DNA of 64,000 nucleotides, taken from the IMG/VR virus record IMGVR_UViG_3300033073_000160, positions 32,001-96,000 of that record; one strand, written 5' to 3'. Below, piece by piece: positions 43,657 through 55,400 of this stretch. Each line of letters begins with the position of its first letter. The first letter of the stretch is position 1. Below the pieces are notes generated by a model. The model saw only the letters and a program-made list of their open reading frames with translations, was not told the origin of the DNA and made no database searches. This stretch comes from a virus (lineage: Duplodnaviria; Caudoviricetes). Made by a program: the position numbers and the translations under genes.

Positions 43657-45809
43657 TATAATGTTCCAGTATAGATAATATAGTTAATTGTTGTGTAAGG
43701 ATTCATTACATTGAACGGTGTTCCTAAATCAGGAACTGTTAAGTTATCTGTTAAAATACCACCGCTAGTTGCAAGAGCTTGTGCAGAACCAGTTCCACCA
43801 GTAGCGCCCTGTGCAGGAATACCGTCATCTACCGGTGCTCCTGGAACATTGCGTGTTGCATAATATTGATTTCCAACTGAGCCGTCGCCCCGTGTTCCAC
43901 GTAAATCGTGTTCGTGATCCGGAATATTGTTTATTGAAAGATTCTTTTCTTCTCCGCCGGACTTTGCGCCAATAATGTCAGCAGTTACATCTGTAACAAC
44001 ATCAGCAATGCCGCCGCCGGCGTCAACTAAAATAGTGCTGTTATCTTTACTAGGAACAGTTCTACCGTTATCCATGTTATCTCGACCTAACGGGAATCTT
44101 CCACGTAAGTCAGGTAAAGCAAATGTGCTAGATCCAATTAATAAGTTAATGTCTTTGTATGCATATCCGATTACGCTAAACAAAGCAGGAAATTCCGAAA
44201 TCCTAACTTCACTTCCGTCGCATAATAAGTATCCGCCCGGGGCAACTGTGCCTGCATATGGTAAAATTGCACCAGTTGGGACTGTTGCGGCAGAAGCAAA
44301 TAAAGTTTGTTTAGATATCTTGCGTAAACCTAGGCTTGGACGCAACACTAAAAATTGATCTGTTTGGTATGCGCTAGCAACTTCTTCTCTAGCATCAATC
44401 ATATCTTGACCGATTACTGTTTGGAATGTCGCTGTGCCGTCGTTAGTTTGTCCGTTGAAGCTAATTTGATTACTTGTAACATCTCCAACTAGTTGGAATA
44501 ATGTAGGACTTGTTAACCTAGCAGCGGAACCCGAAATGTTACCCGCCAATGATCCGCTAAACGAACCGCTAAACGAACCAATAAACGTTTCAGCGTAAAT
44601 GTTTCTAAAAGATCTTGTTTCTGAACCGATGTCGTATTTTAAATGTGCAGCAGCTGATCCAGGTAATATAACCGGAACGTCGGATCTAGGATTACCGTTA
44701 ACATCTAAGAAATTAATTAAAGTCTGACCATGGGTAGTAATATTGCCGCCGAACGTTGAAACTGTGCCAACTGATAATCCGCCGTCAGTTTGAATACTAG
44801 TAGTTCCTGTTCCAGTAACAATTATACCGCTATCAGATCGAATATTTCCTGTAACATCTAAGCTTTCTGTTGGATTAGTTTTATTAATACCAACACTAGT
44901 TACATTTTCTGTAGAAGTTGCTCTTAAAACAGTTTGTAAATCTCCACTAGCTAATGTTAACTTAAAGTCAATAACACTATTACTGTTTTTAGATTGTAAT
45001 ACTGCGGAGTTAGTATCAGTTCCAATATTAAAACTTAAATCTCCACCAAAACTAATACCACTATTTGAACGAACATTTAATCCATAGTTAGTTGTGCTAA
45101 CTTGATCTGATCTTAAAAAGCTAGTAGACGGAATTGTTGAGCCTGCAACTACTAGGGCATCTGCTTTACTTGCAGTTCCCCACATTTTAATAGGACTAGT
45201 AGAGCTAGTCGCTCCAGTAGTATTGATATTAAATCCGTTACCGATTACATCAAATCCTGCAATGGCAGCTTTTGGAACAAAAGACGTATTGCTTAAGATT
45301 GCAATTCTGTCACCGTCTGCATAAAAACTAACAACACCGTGAGTATTATTACTTGTGTCTACAATAGATTCTACATCAGGACCAGTTTTTAATCCTCCGC
45401 TAAACTGCGGGCCAATTAAAACCCAGTTAGATCCGGAGAACATGTATAACTGTTGGTTATCTGTATCAACCCAAAGGTCGCCTTTAATACTGTTGCTAAC
45501 CGCCGGAGCACTAGTAGCTTTCTTTACGCTACCTGCTGCGGTCCAAGTTGTGCCGTCAAACACTTTAAGTTGATTAACACCAGCAGTATTATCAAACCAT
45601 AGTTGTCCTTGAACAGGGTTGCTAGGTGCAGTTGACTTAGCAAAGTTTTCTAATAAGTGTAAAAAGTTTTCTGCAACAAATTGTGCATATCCTGCGTAAT
45701 TCTTACCAACAAATGTTAAACTTGTTTCACTGTTAAGTGTTTGGTCTTCAACTACAATAGTAGTCTTTTGCGGATTATTAGTTTCTGAATATCGAACTTG
45801 ATATGACAT
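43656..45809 (-). CDS. tail fibre protein with a phage tail collar domain
   Basis: Same N-terminal module; PTGAILPYAG...GYLLCDG...LFSVIG...FALPDLRGRFPLG...NPYTTINYII. Confidence 0.85.
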   Translation of the reverse strand: MSYQVRYSETNNPQKTTIVVEDQTLNSETSLTFVGKNYAGYAQFVAENFLHLLENFAKSTAPSNPVQGQLWFDNTAGVNQLKVFDGTTWTAAGSVKKATSAPAVSNSIKGDLWVDTDNQQLYMFSGSNWVLIGPQFSGGLKTGPDVESIVDTSNNTHGVVSFYADGDRIAILSNTSFVPKAAIAGFDVIGNGFNINTTGATSSTSPIKMWGTASKADALVVAGSTIPSTSFLRSDQVSTTNYGLNVRSNSGISFGGDLSFNIGTDTNSAVLQSKNSNSVIDFKLTLASGDLQTVLRATSTENVTSVGINKTNPTESLDVTGNIRSDSGIIVTGTGTTSIQTDGGLSVGTVSTFGGNITTHGQTLINFLDVNGNPRSDVPVILPGSAAAHLKYDIGSETRSFRNIYAETFIGSFSGSFSGSLAGNISGSAARLTSPTLFQLVGDVTSNQISFNGQTNDGTATFQTVIGQDMIDAREEVASAYQTDQFLVLRPSLGLRKISKQTLFASAATVPTGAILPYAGTVAPGGYLLCDGSEVRISEFPALFSVIGYAYKDINLLIGSSTFALPDLRGRFPLGRDNMDNGRTVPSKDNSTILVDAGGGIADVVTDVTADIIGAKSGGEEKNLSINNIPDHEHDLRGTRGDGSVGNQYYATRNVPGAPVDDGIPAQGATGGTGSAQALATSGGILTDNLTVPDLGTPFNVMNPYTTINYIIYTGTL

Positions 45810-45812
45810 TTA

Positions 45813-46421
45813 TTATACTCCAGCTAGACCAGTTAAACTTTGAATACGCACAGTATAATCAATCTGAATTAGTCTGTTTAAAGATTTTTGAACAGGATGG
45901 AAGATAACGTGTGTTAATAACAAACTTTGATCTGTTGAGCTATACGATTTTAAACCTAACTCATCAAACACATACTCGCCCTGATTATCGTTAGTATTAT
46001 CAAATGCGCTTTGACCGCCGGGTTCACCGTAGTCTAAAAGACACGTTACAAACACATCAGTATAGTTTGTGCCAGTAACGTGACGAGTTTCGATGTAATT
46101 TCTAGTAGGGTCGCTATTATTGCTCGAGCGATCGTCAACTACTTTTGTATAAGTTTGATTATACAAGCTGGCATTACTGCCTGAACTATTCGGAGTTAGA
46201 TATGTAATAATACCAGTTGGATCCACGGCTGTTCCGCCGTTACCAAACGCCATCTCGTATATGAAACCCTGACCGCTGTTTGCAATACTTTGCGCTAATG
46301 CTATACTAATATTTTCATAGTGAATAGCATTGCGTTTGTTTATAAACACTTCTTTGGTTTCAGGGTTCCATATTTTAATATGTCCCTCAATGTTTAGCCC
46401 TGTTAAATCTTTACTTTGCAT
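45813..46421 (-). CDS. baseplate/tail structural protein
   Basis: MAFGNGG, FDELGL, THVIFHPVQKS...IDYTVRI; position in the tail cluster. Confidence 0.6.
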   Translation of the reverse strand: MQSKDLTGLNIEGHIKIWNPETKEVFINKRNAIHYENISIALAQSIANSGQGFIYEMAFGNGGTAVDPTGIITYLTPNSSGSNASLYNQTYTKVVDDRSSNNSDPTRNYIETRHVTGTNYTDVFVTCLLDYGEPGGQSAFDNTNDNQGEYVFDELGLKSYSSTDQSLLLTHVIFHPVQKSLNRLIQIDYTVRIQSLTGLAGV

Positions 46422-46442
46422 AGTAATCTCGCATTATTGTAT

Positions 46443-46450
46443 TATTTATC
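46443..46450 (-). promoter_or_regulatory. putative late promoter (GATAAATA)
   Basis: Intergenic, about 22 nt upstream of the start at 46421. Confidence 0.6.
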
Positions 46451-46470
46451 TACTCATATTATCTGGCAGT

Positions 46471-49400
46471 TTAACTAGTTCTAGTAGGGGTATACCAAAT
46501 ACCTTCTTCTGCTTTTAAGAACGAGTTAATATTATCGTTGCTAGCCGCTAACAATCGCTGATCTCGTAAATCAAACGTAGTTGTGCCTGTATCAAAATCA
46601 GTAGCAGTTGTATCTACAATCATTTCTGTTGGGAAATAAGTAATTCCAGACCATAAACGACCTGTTTTCTTTACAACAGTTACTTTTACACCTTCGTCAA
46701 GTGCGTTTGATAGCTTAATACTGTTAGTAATTCCGTCCACTGTAAAGTCAGCATCGAAGCTAACATCGCCCTCTGGGCTTTCAGGATGGATGCTGACATT
46801 GTGAACTTTGTAATCGTGCTTCTTCAAACGTAGATTTCCAATGAAGAAATTCCATTTGTCAACATCCGCTGAGAACACAGCAGATGAAGTATGCTCTGTT
46901 ACGCATCTGTATGCGTAGCTGCCAACTTGCACAATGGTTCCAACGCTGTATAGCACGCCGGATGCCCAGGTTAATGCGGTGTCATATCCGCCAACAAACA
47001 CTTCAATTTCGTTTACAGATGTAGGAATAAAAGGAATTTCAATATCTAACGATCCAGTTGAAGCAACTTGCTCTATTTGAGTATCATCTCTATACGGAAT
47101 AGTTTCGCTTGGTCCAATATCTTGAACATGGGCACCTGCTGGGTAAACTGGTGCTGCGCCTGTTCCAAGTGTTGCTCTACGTAAACGACTTAAAACATTA
47201 CCATTCTTTGCAAAATATTCAATACGTTCGCCTCGAATTTCAACAACACCTGGATAATTTCTAGCAGGGTTAGGTTCTTCGAAGTTAGATGCATCTTCTA
47301 CTTCAATCTCTGTATCATAGAAATTTAACGGGTTAACTAAGGCAGATTGTTTCTTTTTACTTAGACGTTTAAAGTGTGTTCTATTCAACATATCTTTGAA
47401 TTGCATATAGCTAACAGATGCAGTTGCTATGTTTCTAGAATATGTGATAACATCTATCTTATCATCTAACAACAATGGTTGTTCAAATTTAATGCTTTGT
47501 CTATCAGCATTTAACTTGTAATCAACACTAGGTGTTAACAGCGTTCCGTTTTTGCTTACCCATACACTTGAATCGTTAAGAACTGCGCGGCCAAGGACAA
47601 CGTTTCCGCCAGTTAGCCCAACATAGTTATAATAATTAAACTCATCGGGAGTATAAACAAGCTCAGATTTGATTGTTAGTTGTGTTCGTTGAATGTCAAG
47701 AATGTCGTGCTTATACGCAGTAGTAATTTCAACAATAGAATCTACCGCAGGCGCTGTTACAAACTTAATAGTTGAAGGCGTAGCAGGCACAGTAATAATT
47801 TGTGTTGGATTCTCTGGGTCAACATAGGTATATCCTGCAGAACCAGGAATAATTGAATACTCTTGTCCTGTAGTAATACAGATGATCAACGTCTTATTCT
47901 TGTATGTGTTGTAGACATTTCTGTTAATCTTGACACTTATTCCTGCTGGATCAATATTATAATCTACGTTTACTTTTAACAATACACCGTCAGCATAAAC
48001 TGTAATGTCAGACATATCTGGTTCATACGGTTTTACTTTTGATTGGTCAACAAAATAAGTTAACTTATTCTTATTAATTGTATAGTAGCTTGTATTAGCA
48101 GGACGTAAAATTGTTTGATCAACTCTAACAATTAAATTAGTTGCCAACGGTAGTGAATTACCAATCGGTGCTGATACTAACAGGTCAGTCGAACTACCAG
48201 TTGGGTGCAATCTTTCTGTAGTTACTACAGAGAAATTATTATCAATTCCTTCTACGATAACATAGTTAATAACTTGTCCAACAGCGGGTGCTGTTCCAAA
48301 TCTAATTCCAACACTATTAACGTTTTCGTATGTGCTATCGGTTCTAAATAGCTCATAAGGTTCTGGATTACCATTAATATATACCAACGAACTAATCGAT
48401 TCTAACCAAGGAGACTTTGTAATAAACTCAGTTGTAGTCCCGTTGCCAACAAAGTAGTCAATGTCTAATACATTTGACCCGTTAAATCCAAAATTAAACA
48501 ATGCAACAACTTGACCGGCTGTAGGAACTTCTAAAAGTGTTACAGTTCTATCAGCGTAGTTAACAGTATAATCGTCAACGTTTGTTAAAACAACATTATC
48601 AACTTTTACTAATACTGCTTCTGCACTATTAATATACTGGCTCATTGCAAATGTATCTAATGCTCCGTCAGCAACATGTGTATCTACGCGAACATTAGCA
48701 GCGCCGCTGCCTGGGCGATAAAAGACTTTAATAGCAACTGCATCTACTACTTGTCCTGGAACAACTTCTTCAACATCTGAGCTAGTTGTTGGGGTAACAA
48801 ATCCATCACCGTCTAATAAAATATCATCTGCTGCTAAACCTGTAGCAGTTTGATATCCAATAAAACCATTGGCATCATAACCTCCACTCAAAGCAGTATC
48901 ATAGTCAACTTCTTGAGGTTTGATAGAACCATCGCTTGTGCTCTTGCGGAAGAATAATTTGTTATATCCAAAAGTTAAATTGGTATCTGCAGGAATTTCA
49001 ACTGTAATTGCGTTTGACAATGTTACTAAGTTGGTCACAACATCCACGGCGATTACTGTAGTATTTGTTGGAATTCCTGTTGTTGTGATTCTTGGCAAGT
49101 ATGAACTTACTAAATCGCCAACTGCTACTCCAACTGCGTTGCTAAGAGCAATCTTAGTAGTGCCTTTAACTTGTATACCCGTTGTAAAATTAGTGCCTGT
49201 GCCAACAACTAACTCCGATGCATTTGGTATTGCAGCTAACAATGCGTTAGAGATTTCCATTATAGGAGTAATAGTCATTGGAATTAATGCTACAGACTGC
49301 GGGTCTCCCGTTAACTGTGCAGTCGAAGTAGTTCCTGCAACACCTTCTCTAGATGAAACACTTGCAGAAAAGTTAATGCCAGAACTAGATGCTTGAGGTA

Positions 49401-52400
49401 TAATTGAAACGTTGCCTGCGGTTACATCGTATGTAACTTTGATAGTAGTATCACCGTCTTCAAACAGGTCAATTTCTAATTCTTCAATAGTCTTAGACGG
49501 ATTTGCAGTATTCCAAGCCGCAATAATATCTAATCGCTGTGAAACGATTTTAATAACAATAGTAGCAGCACTTTGTCCAGCGTAAGTATCTTGAACAAGA
49601 TAGTCTAAGAACGTCACTGGTCCAGAAGAAATTCCAGATACTAATATCTTTTGAATTTCTTTTACGCCTGGAATTGCCGCTACAACAGATACAATATAGG
49701 TGTCAGTTGCAACTCCTACACCGCTTACTCGCATACCAACAGCATTTGTAGTGAGACCTGCCGCAGTTAAAGTGTTTCCTGAGATTGTTCCTGTAATGCT
49801 TGCCGGAACTTTATTTCCAGTAACTGAAGTTACTACAGTTCCATCTGGGATAACATCCGGCGACAACACTAAGCTGCCGACTTGAATGTTCTCAACTGAG
49901 CTAAATTCAATAGTATTAGAACCGGCTGTAGTAACAGAAGCCGATGCTTGCGTAGTCGATATTGATGGTAGCACAACTGTGCTGTTAATACCGTCGCCAA
50001 CAAATGTTTGCATTGTTGCGTTTGCATTTTTTTGCTGCGCAGTTCCAAAATTTGGATCATCAATTCTAACACCGTTGTGGTATACGTTGATAACTACTCC
50101 GTATTCTGGAATATATGGTAGGTCGAACGAATTAGAATTTAATCCTGCTCGAATGATGTAATCATCAAATGTTGGATCAATCTCATCCCAGCGATCTGTA
50201 AAGAACGGGAGACTATCCCAACCACTAGACACACTAAAATCTAATCCCGTAATGATAACCCCACCATAGTCGACTCCCGTCATCAACTGTGCTAAATCTT
50301 TACCTAGCTGGCCTGTTTGAGGATCATAATAGTATTGAATACGATCGGCCGCATTTAACAACGACCAGTCTTTAATATATGATATTTCAATTACTGCATC
50401 CTTAGGTGGAGCGGTATCAAATGTCAATGTTCCGTAGTAAGAAGTGTAACCACGTGATATTGACTTATTAATTGTCAACGTATAATCAGCTCTAATTGTA
50501 TCAACACCATTTACAGTCACTGAGCTCTTTCCGATTCGTAAATCAGGCGCCCACTTCAACACAAATTGTAATTTACTACCAGTGCCCACAAATGATGCGG
50601 TTTCTTCTAGTTCAGTAATAAAGAATGTCTTACTGATTCTATCAAACTTCATCTTAATTAAGTTAGATCTAACAACGCTGTTACCAATAATTGCAACTGC
50701 GGTAGCGGGTGTTCCGCCTTCTTCTAAGCCACCGTCAATCACAATCTTAGGAGCAGTTAAGTATCCAGATCCAGGTGTTAATAAGACTACACGGCTTACT
50801 TTTCCGTTAGTAATAAAGGCCCTAGCTGTTGCTGGAACTACAGATTGGTTATTTGAATTCTGATCAATAATTCTAACTACTGGCTCAGTTACATATCCGC
50901 TACCTTGGTCAACTAATTTTAAACTTGTAATTTCAAAGCCGACATTATCTAACCAATGTTTCCATGGATAGGTTAAGATTGCAGGATCGTTAGCCTGTAT
51001 GTCTCCGTCAACGTTATATGTAAACATTGGAGAGTTTACGCCGTCGTTTGATACAGGTAACAAGTCAAAGTCAGTTACAGAAGCCTGAGATGTATCAACT
51101 TTAGTATACTCACTTACATATTCTCTAATTTGAGTTCTGTATGGTTTAACTTCTGCAACATAAGCTTCAAAGTCTGCAAGATTGTCATTGTTATAAGTAA
51201 CCTTTTGTTTTAGTTCACCAACGTTATGCTGAACTCTTACAAAACTAGTCTTAAACGCCCAGTCTAAATATGTCTGTTCTGCAAATGCATATCGTAAGCA
51301 AGTAAAGAACAAATCTAGATATGTTTGTTTTAAAGTGTCAGTAAAGATCTTATTTTTTAATGTGTTAAGAATAATTCTTAATTCAATAACAGCAGTATTA
51401 TCGAAAGCGTCGCCGTCAAACAACGCACCGTCATATCCCAATGTAGTATTTGTAAACTTATAAAGTTCACTACTTAACTGAATAGTTCCGTTTTCTGTTC
51501 CTACAACTTTATAAGATTGTGTCCAGTCAATCGATGTAGAATCTGCATATTTCTGTAACAATTCCCATCCACCGGTCCCATTAGTTCTAACCTTAACGAG
51601 CTGACCAATTTTAACAGTTATCGAATTTAAGTCACTCAATGTGTTAACAGAATGATCTGCAAGCGTAAATTGATTAATACCGGCGGCATACCAGTCAACG
51701 TATGACCAATATCTACGTGTATCGTATGCCTGGGATTGTGTGCGAGACCAAACTTTATAATACGGATCGTATGAGTAAATGCTCCAACGATTTAGTGCTT
51801 GACTATCGCTTCTAACAAGTGCAGAATAATTTCTAACTTCAAATTTAGTTGTGCTGTCGTAACCTTGACCAGCACTAATAATTTTTATTCCTGTTATCTG
51901 TCCTCTAGTATTAATAATTGTTTGTATTTCTGCACCTCGGCCATTGCCTTTAATTTTAATATACGGTGCTGTTAAATACCCGTTGCCTGCATCGACAATA
52001 TCAACTCCGACGATCTCTCCGTCAGATGATACTACAGGATTAATGGTTGGAACTTTGACCGTGCTTACGCTTGCAAATCTTAATTCTGCATCGGTATCAA
52101 ATGCAACGTCATACAACGCAGTAATTAAACTTGGAGCAGGATCAAATGAATTTAATGCAGAAATGTCTCTGCTTTCAACAATTTGATTTTCTAACAAACT
52201 AGAATTTGCACGTTCAACAAACTGTTTTAACGCTTCAAAGCGATTAACAAACATACCTTGACGCGGACGGAATTCTGCACCGTAACGTAACTTAGGTGGT
52301 AAGTTAAGGTCGGGAACTACTTGATTGTTCTGATCTTTTCCGCAAAGACTGTCAAACCATTTTTCTTCAATTGCAGCAGGAAGATTACTGTTAACATCTT

Positions 52401-55400
52401 CGCTGACCAATCTCCACTGACTATGAACGTTTTGATCTGTTTGATCAATTGTCCAATACTGGACTGCTAAAACAACATCTGCGTCTTGTAATAGAGGCTT
52501 AACGTTAACTAGGCTAAACGAGTTTGCACTAGTTAACGCAAGATACTTGTATCCCTCTCCTTTCGGATTTGCAATTAAATTTGCTACGTTGTTAGCAGAC
52601 ATATTTCTACCTTGAGCATTAGGAATAGTCTTCTTATTCTTTACCCAATAGTAATATGTGTTCTTAAATGATCTACTAATAGTATCATATCGCCTTTTAA
52701 CACTATAGACTGTATCTCCATATAGGCTTGTTCCACTGATGCCTAATGTTAATCCTGCATCAGTATCTGCTTGCTTGTCCCATGCACTTGGTAGTAAATT
52801 AGTTTCTACCCATTCATAAACATCAATACTAGCTGTTTTAAATAAAGTGTTCCATGTTGTATTTTTATAAACAACATCGCCACCGTAGCTATCAATAAAC
52901 TTTGCCCTGCGTAAATCCCACCATAGCATACCAACTTTGTCGCTAGTCCATGCCATGCCATCGTCAACTTTTACGTCATCTCCTGTTCCAATTGAATAAG
53001 TTGCAGGGTCGTAGAATGTTTTAAATTTAATTTCTTGCTCTGCAATTCCTGCAATTTTCCCTTGGATAGGATCAATTATATCAATATAAGTTACTAGATC
53101 GTTAGTTGCTTTATTATACAAGAACGCCTTCTTAATCTTACTAATATCTGGTTTAGCAGTTTCTACATATTTTGCAGACCATGATAATGCACCTCGGGTC
53201 TTTTCATAATTGTAAACTACACCAGATCTTAAAGATAAATCTACTGCATATGGTGCGCTAACTAAAATGTTATTACGTCCTACTGCAAAACCAGTTCCGT
53301 ATCCGTCTCCCATTCTAGGGCTGTCGTTAACTGACAAGGTTTCTGAATAAATCCATTTTGATGCGTAGCGGTCAAAAATATCAACTCGACCGCTGTCAAC
53401 TGAATACTCAGTTAACACCATTGTGCCATTATCAAAAATAGTTGCGCCAGAATCAAATTCTGCAAGTTTGTAACTATCACCGTTAGCACTATAAACAACT
53501 AGTGTTTCGTAGTCGTTCATAAAGGCAATCTTTGATCCAAAGAATTCTGCGGTTTCAGGTTTATGACTCTCTACTGTTTGATATAGTGTATATCCGTTTG
53601 CGCCAAGCTCGTATACTAACACACGACCTTGGTCAAGTTTATCACCATCATACAGCGTTGCACCAACTGCAAGATAAGTTGCAGACGATGATAGTGCAAG
53701 ACTATCACCAAATTGCTGTGAAGCTAGTGTAGACGTAATTGTCTGTGCTAGCTCGTAATTTCCATCAGTTAAGTTGTAGACAAACACTTTATTGTCTGCA
53801 GGGGCTGAAATTGAAAGCGTAGTATTGTCAGGATTAACAACTATTGAATCTCCAAATCCTGCGCCTGCAGAAAGTGTAACATCATTAATAGCAGTATCGT
53901 ATGAATACTCCCAGCGTGAAATTGTAAATGTTAATTCACCAAATGGTGTAGAATTAGGTGTTTCTGATATTCTTAGTGTAGAACTGTTAACAACTTGTGT
54001 TACAGTATGTGGACTAGTAAATCCAGTGCCAGTTACCGTCATACCTACTTCAATGTTGGCAGTGCTCGATACTTTTAAAGTTGTTCCCGAACTGCCAACT
54101 GGTTGATATGTTGCAGTTGTTGTAATTGTGTTGTAATCAAGTTGATAAACACAGCCTGTTCCACTGTCATGCCCGGCGGCAGCTACAAACAACTTATTGT
54201 TACCAAAGACAATATTAGATCCAAATAGTTGATTATTAACTATTGTTGGGCTTGTAATTGTAGCTACAAGATTTGCAATTGAAGAAGCATCTTTCTTATA
54301 TAAAGACACAACCCCGTGGCGAGTAGCACCTGTAGAAATTCCATCCTCAGTAGTTTCAATATACTTAATAGGTTTCCAGTAGGCTGTATTTGTAACAGGT
54401 ATCTGTGTATTTTCAAACAACGCAACATAATGTAATGTAGCTGATTCTACAATATCACCTGGCATGTAAGTATCATTAGTCTGATATTCACCTAACCAAC
54501 GAGTTGATGCATTACTTGCTTGAGGAGATCCAAGTGCGATCCATTGCCCGTCTAGGGAGACTGCCACAGTCTCAGCAAAGTATCCCACTTCTTGATCAAC
54601 TATATCTACAGGCTGACAAATAAAAGGAGAAGTAATAGTTTGACGTTGTAGCCAGATTGAGGATCCAGAAGCTTTATCATAAGCAATTACTAAGTTGTTT
54701 GTTGTAGAAACTACTGCATAACCCCCGTTACCACTTAATGCTAACTGACGGCCGTATCCTAAATCAGTCCCCGGGGTAGGGTTAACAAACTGTCGTGTAG
54801 CATACACCGGTGAATATTCCCACATGCACCATTTACCATTACCGTTATCATCAGTCCATAGTTTTTCACCTGCTTTAATTCTTGCTGGAAGTATTTCGGC
54901 AGCAGTATCAATTGATGTTGCACGTTGAGGTGTTAAGAAAAATAATTGAGCAGTTTCTTGATTTACAAACGGTGCATCAGGCGGTGTTGTTAGCGTAGCC
55001 TTAATAGTAAACGTGTTTAGACTGACAGAATTAACTTTATAAAAGCCCGAAAACTTATCAACTTGAACAATACTTACATATGTTCCAGGTGTTAATGTAA
55101 CTTGTTGATCTGTAGTAATTGTTAATGTGTTTGAAGAATACACAGCATTTACAATTTTATAAGACGTAGAAGTATATCTATAGATGTTCCACTCTCTGCC
55201 TTCAAATGCGCACCAGATATAATCACCGTCATTTAAAGGATTTGGATCTTGTGATAAAATTTCCTCAACATTATCTAATACTAATGATACTTCTTCTTCT
55301 CTAACATATCCCGGTGTCCTTAGAAAAGGAGTGAAGTTTTCTGACAGTTTCCACGGTTGACTCTTGTATCCAAGAGGTTTTAAATAAAGATCGTTAGGCG

